From: an uncultured virus (IMG/VR IMGVR_UViG_3300034062_006395)
Taxonomy: Duplodnaviria > Heunggongvirae > Uroviricota > Caudoviricetes
IMG/VR virus record: IMGVR_UViG_3300034062_006395
Span: 53,228-73,227 of that record
Length of the DNA: 20,000 bases
Direction: 5' to 3' (one strand)
Positions 1-7,500 of this stretch are shown piece after piece. The stretch's first letter is position 1. The number at the start of each line of letters is the position of its first letter. Made by a program: the position numbers and the translations under genes. A model generated the notes under the pieces. It did not search any database, had not been told where the DNA came from, and saw only the letters and a program-made list of their open reading frames with translations.

Positions 1-1500
1 AAGTGGACGACCAACTTTCATTGCTGAATCAAATACAATTTCATCGATATTTTTATTCTCCATAAAATCATTTAACTTTCTTAATTTAGCGAACATTGGA
101 TTGCTTAATAACTCTTTAGTTAAAACGATTGAAGAGTATTTTAACATCACAGGCATTGCAACGTTATCTTTAGATAAAACTTCATAATGTGCAGGTTTCA
201 TTACGTTTCCTACATTATATGAATCCCCGTACATTACAGCTAATTGATTAGCTCTTTTTTCAGTCATGAAACCTTGCCCATCTGTCATGTCATAACCTTT
301 ATCTGAATATTGTTTTAATAATTGTTGAGCTATTAATTTAACTTGTACTTGAGTTTTTTCATCTAATGTTTTTAATGTTAATCCTTTTTTACCAGTTAAC
401 ATTTCAAGTGTGAATTCTTCAACACTATCTAATAATGGCTTACCATCTTTTTCTGCATACTTTGGAAATGTTCTATCTTCTAATGTAACAACATTGAATG
501 TTCTATATTTAGTATAGTCACCACGTTCACCAGGTGCAAATGCACCAGATAAACGTTTACCAACATCTTCTGCATTTTTAAAGTATGCGTAATCACCAAC
601 TACTAATTGACCTAAGAAATAACTATTCAAATAATCATTGATAAAAAATAATTGTATAAACTCTCTTAAGTTTTCTTTATCAATCTTATATTGTTTTTCT
701 TTGTTTCTAAATTCATAATTAGTTGTAACTGAACTTTTTGATTTTAAAAACCCATTTTCATGTAACTTGTTAATTAATTGATTAACTCTTTTATCAATTG
801 GTAATTCATCATCTTCTATTTTATCAAGAAGTTTTTCACCTTCTTTTAGCAAGTCTTCATAAACATTTTCAACAAGTTTATCTAATTTCTTTTCTGAAAG
901 ACTATTAGCAAATACAATATCTTTATAAGGTCTTAATATTTCAGCATTCACTAAAGATTCTACATTATAACCTGCTGCATTAACATTTTCTGGTCTTGCT
1001 CTTAGTTGAAGTATTAAATTTTTAATGGCTTGCTTTTGTTCTTTTTCATTTAATAGACCAACTTCCATACCTTGTGTAGTTGGTTTATTTGAAACTGTAT
1101 ATAAGAACTGAGCATATCTAAAGGTTTTTCTTGACATTAATTCATCAATGAAACCACCATTTAGATGTCTATCTAACCAGTCAGTATCTTTTTCATTTCT
1201 ATAAACAATAACATTATCTCTTGATTTAGTTCCTTCAAAATCAAGATACTGATATATTGTATTTAAAGGATAGTTACCAATAAATATATTATGTTTATAA
1301 AAATCTGTTGTTAAATAATCAGGTGTTTTACTTGTCTTTTTATTACCAACAAGTTTAGTATAAACATCAAATGCATGAGATGAATATCTATGCAAATAGA
1401 TCTTTTTACCATCAACAGTTATTGCAGAAGTTGCACGTACATACTTAACGTTATTAGAAAGAAATGCTGAAAGTTCAGATAAAAATCTTGATTCATTTTC
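1..1500 (-). other. N-terminal (beta-like) part of crAss-type two-barrel virion RNA polymerase; right boundary approximate
   Basis: GDYAYFKNAEDVGKRLSGAFAPG (GD...KR at 553-597), MTDGQGFMT (TDGQG at 271-285), MKP, LKYS and FDSAMKVG (10-33) resemble motifs I recall from crAss-like RNAPs, and the position after the tail/cargo genes matches. The catalytic DxDxD motif was not seen in the window. Confidence 0.78.
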
Positions 1501-4500
1501 TAATATTTCTGGCATATCTTTAGTTATTTTACTATTGATATTATCTTCAGAAACATTATCTTTAACTTCTTTATCATCTCTTATAGAACCTAATCTTTCT
1601 CCAAAATAAAATATATCAGTTAATAAAGCATTAAATTCACCACCTTTAGAATCAATAATTCTATCTTCAACAAGCATTGAAGATAATCCTAAATGTGCAA
1701 TTATTTCTTTAAATGTTTTAAGTTTTAATTCATAAGTTTCACCCATTGACTTCTTTTTTTCTGCAATGAATTTACTTGCTTTAATTCTTGATTCTTCAGT
1801 GGAAAACTTTTTATTTAAAACATCTTTTACTTTAGTTTTAACTTGTTCATTTGTATCTACAATTCTACTATTACGTAGAACACCGTTGTATGTATTTCCA
1901 GTAGTTGATTTTTCATAATACTTTAATCTCAATTCACGTAATGAATTATATAAAGTAACTATTTCAGAAAACATATTTCTATAATATGCTCTTCTCCATT
2001 GATTTACTAAAGTAGTTCTAAATTCAACATTTGATAAATTAAATGTTTCAGATTCTGCAAATGTTATATCACGTAAAAACAAAGCATAGTTTGTAACTTC
2101 TTTAGATTTAGACGTATAAGCATTATACGAATAAACTCTTGTGCCATCTAATGCTTCAACTTCACTTTCTGTTTTACCAGTTAAATCATATTTATTATTA
2201 AAATAAAATTTAATATCTTGGTTACGTGTTGTAACTAACATATGAGGATGTTGTTCAACCTCATTTTCTTTTTCAATTTCAATTAAATTTGTACCAATTA
2301 AATTCATTAATTGAGTATTTCCATTTACACGTACATTTTCAATAATAGATTTTCTAAAATTATCTAAATCAATATTGTCCATTAAAGAGATTGTAATTGC
2401 AAATACAGTTCTTGGATCTTTACCTGTAATAGATAATAAGAAATCTTTTACTGCATCTGAAAGTTTAGTTTCTTTATTAATGTATATATCATCTTTAATT
2501 TCATTTAAGATACCAGTAGGATCTTCTTCTTTACTAATAGCTTCTAAAGTTGAATCATCATATGTATATTCATAACCTATTTTTTTAGAAGACATATTTC
2601 CAACATAAGTTGGAAATAATTCTGAAATTATTTCATTAAATATTTTAGTTTTATTATTATTGTCTGTTGATAATAACTTATTAATTACATCAAGTTCAAA
2701 TTGTTCTTCAGATGATAAATTTGTTTTTTCAGACAGTTCTTTTTGTTCTCTTATTAATTCAGATTTGTAAAAAAGAATAGCTTCTTTTTTAGGAAGTATC
2801 AAATAATAAGAGATTCTTTTACCATCAGGTTTATAAAATTTAACACCAACATTGTTATCTCCAGTAACATCGTCATAATTACGTGAATAAATATCATTAA
2901 AAAATTGTAATGATTTATTTTTAATTGCCCTGTACATTTCAACAGAGCCGTAATCATTTTTAATATCTAATGCTGTTCTTTCTGTTAAAAAGAATTCTCC
3001 ACCAGTTCTGTATGCATATATACCAGTTTCTATTTGGTCAAAGAATTTCTCAATATTTTTTACATTAGTTTTATAAAGACCTAATAAATTTAAAAGTCTA
3101 TTGAATAGATTTTTAAGAGAATATATAATTCCACTTTCATTTCTATTTTTAGTATATACTTGAAACTTCTCAGCTAAGAACTCTTCCATTTCAATATAGT
3201 TCATTTGCTTAGTTTCAGGATACTGCTTATTAAGTTGTTCAGTTAATTGATTACGTTCTTGTGGTGTTAAATGATAATTCCAAATTTTATGGAAAATCTC
3301 ATGACGTAAAATATTTTCATGAACACTTAGTTTAGTACCATCCATGATCTTTTCAACATAGACAGTACCATTTTTCATTAAACCAATAACATCATTCTTT
3401 TTGAAATTAATTAAAGAAGACATTACATGTCGAGTAACAAATTTTAAATCATTATCTTTAAGTTTAGGAAATAATCTTTTAGCTATTTTATAAGCTTCTT
3501 CTTCTGTTATAACAGTTCCTAAGAATGTATTTCTATCTTCAGTTAAAAGTTTTTTACCTTGAGTATCCTCAAAATACATATCAATTTCTTCAATAAGATT
3601 CTCTTTAGAATTACTTTTAAAAGTTACCGGTTGAGAATCTTTATTTAAGAATGTAACTGAGAACTCTCCGTTATTTTCTATAATACTATTGATTGCTTCA
3701 TTATATGTTGAAGGTTGATTTGCAACAGGTTGATCTGTAATTATAGGTTCAACTATTGGTTTTGCCGATGGTTGACTTGAAGGTTTAACTTCTTCTGGTT
3801 TAGACGTAACACTTATCTTAGTTGGTAAAACTCTATCAAAATAAGTTTCAACCATTGGAGCTAATTCAGCTTCTACGTTTTTATTTATATTTAAAGAATC
3901 ATCAAATAAAGTTTTTCCTTTTTCATTAAACGCTGCACGGTTAATAGGTAAACGTAAATAGCTACCTCCTCTTAAAGAACTAATACCGTTAGAATCAAAT
4001 TGGAAAGCTGATTTAAGAACATCTAATGAAAGAACTCCGCTATGAGCAATTCTATTCTCATTCAATTGTTCAGGTGTAAATAAAGGACTTGCTTCAGTAC
4101 TAAAAACTTCAGTAGTAAATACTTTTTCAAGATATTTAATATCATCCTGAATAGTTTTAACCATCTGTTGAGCTTCTAATTGTTGTTGTGGATTTCCAGA
4201 ACCTTTAAGTCTATAATATCTTTCAAGACCCATGTAAACAAATTCAATAGGTTTACCATCTCTTTGTAAATCATATCTTCTGGCTAATGATTTTAAAAAG
4301 GTATAATAACTTTTAGTATAACCAAATATTTCAAATTCATCTGTACTTTTTCCTACTAATGGTTTTCCTTTAATGTTAACACGATCTTTATTTTTTTCTT
4401 TATATCTTGTAATTAAAGATAAATGAGAAGTGTTAAAAATATTAGGATCTTCTGCTACTCTATTTTTAGTATGATGTGAATTTGCTTTAGCAATTTTATT

Positions 4501-7500
4501 AAGTGCTTTAGATGCTTCTCCTTGATTTATTTTTATAACAGGATGATATTTTATTTTACCATCAACACCTTTACCTATGAGTTTATGATATTTACTGTTT
4601 TTACTTTTAATAAGATCGTAATCATTTTTTAATTCTTCAGAAGCTTCATATTCTTCTTCAGTAACAGTTTGCTTCTCATGTTCAACACCATATACAAGTA
4701 AGAACAGTTCAGTCCACAAATCTTGATTTGGATCTTTTACAATGTCTTTAGTTTTTTCAATTTGATATGATTGACTAATTGTAAAATTATCTTTGAATGA
4801 TTCTAATTTTTCTCTAAACTCTTTAGTACTTAATTTTAAACCACTTGCTGCTTCAAGTTTTTCAACAACATCAATAAATTTTAATATAGGTTTAACAACA
4901 TCATCTCCTTTTTTAAGTCTTCTTGCATTTAAACGTATAGCTTGTGGCTTATAACCTGGAGTTTCAAATATTAAATAAGGAATACCTGATTTTAATTGTA
5001 AATCAGAAGCATTAACATTGTTTGGTAATATCTGATTGTTTGCTGGTATCCACATATAGATTTTTCCAACTGAAGGTTTTAACCCTGCCTTAATGAAATA
5101 ACCTTTTACAAATTGATTAACAATATCAGAAATATTAGGATTTTCAACTCTTTTATTTTTATTATATATATAAGTCAAAGGTCTTGCAATATTTACTTTA
5201 CCTTCTAATATAACATTAGACATATCTGATGAAGGTATCGTGAATACACCAGCATCTGAAAAAATTTCATCTTTTAATCTTACTGATTTTGCGTTATTAT
5301 ATTTTTCAAGTAATTGTTTACCAAAATCAGTTTTAAATTCTTCTTCACTAACAATACCAATCAAAGCCCATTTATCTTCAGTATCACGAACTTTAGCTAA
5401 AACTAAAAGTTGAGATTTTTTTTCGTATTTAGCTTTAACATATATAACATCGTTCCCAGTTTTAACTAAAGGGTTTCCTTTATTATCGTATATTTTATTT
5501 TTAGTTGGAAAAGCTAAAACATGCTCATGGTCAAATAGATCAACTTTAACTGGTAGATCTGGATCGTTTCCATTATCAATAACATCACTATCTAAACTTT
5601 GACCTTTTAGTGTTGCACCATCATCAGTAGTATCATCTTCAAAATCATCATCAGTATCAAAAAATTCATCCTCATCTTTTATTACAACATTTTCTACTGT
5701 GTCTTTTATATCCTCTGGTTTTACTTCAGATGCAGGTTTACTATCTTGTTTAATTTTTACAACAATACCTTTAGCATCAGGTACAAAAGATTTAAATATT
5801 TGATTATCTAATAACAACTGACCGTAGAATCTTTCTTCATTTTGAACCTTCATTTCTTCTGATTCAGTAGATGTAACAGCAATCTTTGGATTAACGTGGT
5901 GATCTATTTTTTGTCCATTACGTTTAATTACAACGTGATTTTTTGCACGACTAATAGAAGTGTACATTGCTGTATTAAAAGTATAAGTATCAAAAGATTG
6001 ATTGAAACTATTTTTTTCAGCTTCATTCAAATCTATAAATACTTCATCAAACGTTTGTCCTTGAACTTCTTCATAAGTCATCACTTGAGTTTTATCATCA
6101 ATAAGAGATTTATATTTATCTTTTGATTGTTGATTATTAACTATGATTACTTTATTAGCTGAAGAAGAATTTTTAATAATATCACCAAAATCATTTACAA
6201 CGTGAACACCTTGAGCATTCGTATTTCCAAGTGAAGTATTAGCTTCAAATGTAGCATCTTGTACTTTATTATAATTTGAACGAAATACATCGGCTGCATT
6301 ATTAATTGAAGATACATCTGAACGATAAGGAACACTTAAAGCATTTAAGTGTGTTATATTAACATATTCTTTTTTAAATTCAATTTCTGGAAATTGAGAT
6401 TCTGTTATTTGTGTCGGATCACCAGTTAATAAAAAAGTTATATTTTTTGATTTAAGTTTAGCTAATTCTTGAAATGCTTCTGGTTTTTGAGATAAATTAA
6501 TTGCATTAGCTTCATCTATGATAATTAAATATTTTTTTTCAGGATCAAAATTATATGTTTTTATATCTTCAAGTTTAATTCCTTTTGTATTATCACCATG
6601 AATTGATTGACTGATATTCTTAGTTGCGTTTTCAGTAGCAGCGGTTACAATAACTTCATCGATTTTTCCCTGCATTTTTAAAATATCAGAAATCCATTTA
6701 GAAGCAATTGTAGATTTACCTGTACCTGCTATACCTTTTAAATAAGCGAAGTTTCCAAATTCAACAGATTTGTTTTGTGAATCAAAGAATTTTAAAAATT
6801 GATTAATTACAATTTCTTGTTGTATTCCAGGAGTCAATACTATTGATTTATCATTTTCTTCTTTTAGCTCATTATATTTAGCATCTAATGATAATAATAA
6901 ATCATTGATATTAAAATCAGAAGTTATTTGTTTGTAAGCTTCTAATGTACTTATATAATCTAAAATAGTATTTGTTATTTCTAAGATTGTATCTTTTTCA
7001 AATTTATATGAAGATTCGTCTTTATAATTCTTTAAAGCTTCTAAAAATGAATATGGATCATTATCTTTAAGAAATACAAAGTATGGATGTGATTTATCAT
7101 TCTTAGCTTCTACTTGAACTAAGTTAAATAAACCAACATCATTAATAAATTTATTTAATGTAGTAGTACCGTTTCCTTTGTTAATTTCAAATGATTCAGA
7201 AAGAACACCTTCAATAAAAGTTATTTTAGCTTTAAGTATTTCTTCAATTTCTTTTTTACTATCCTTAGATAATTGCTGAAGTTTATATAAAATAATTTCA
7301 CCATATATAGGATTCAAAGGATCTGGTGAATCTTTATAATCAACTGCATTTTCAGCTTCTTTTAATATTTTATTTAATTCTTCTTTACCTAATACTTTTT
7401 CTATAGCATTGAATAAAGTTGAATGTTGTTGAGGTTCAAGAAAATCAATATCCAAAGATCTATATATTCTTAAAGCTTTAGCTGCTCTAAATTTCTTTTG

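Noticed and set aside
5620..5680. Asp-rich stretch (DTDDDFEDD) as the RNAP catalytic DxDxD motif
   Set aside because: It lies in a low-complexity acidic linker far upstream of the RNAP-like motifs and lacks the G-x-D-F-D-x-D context.
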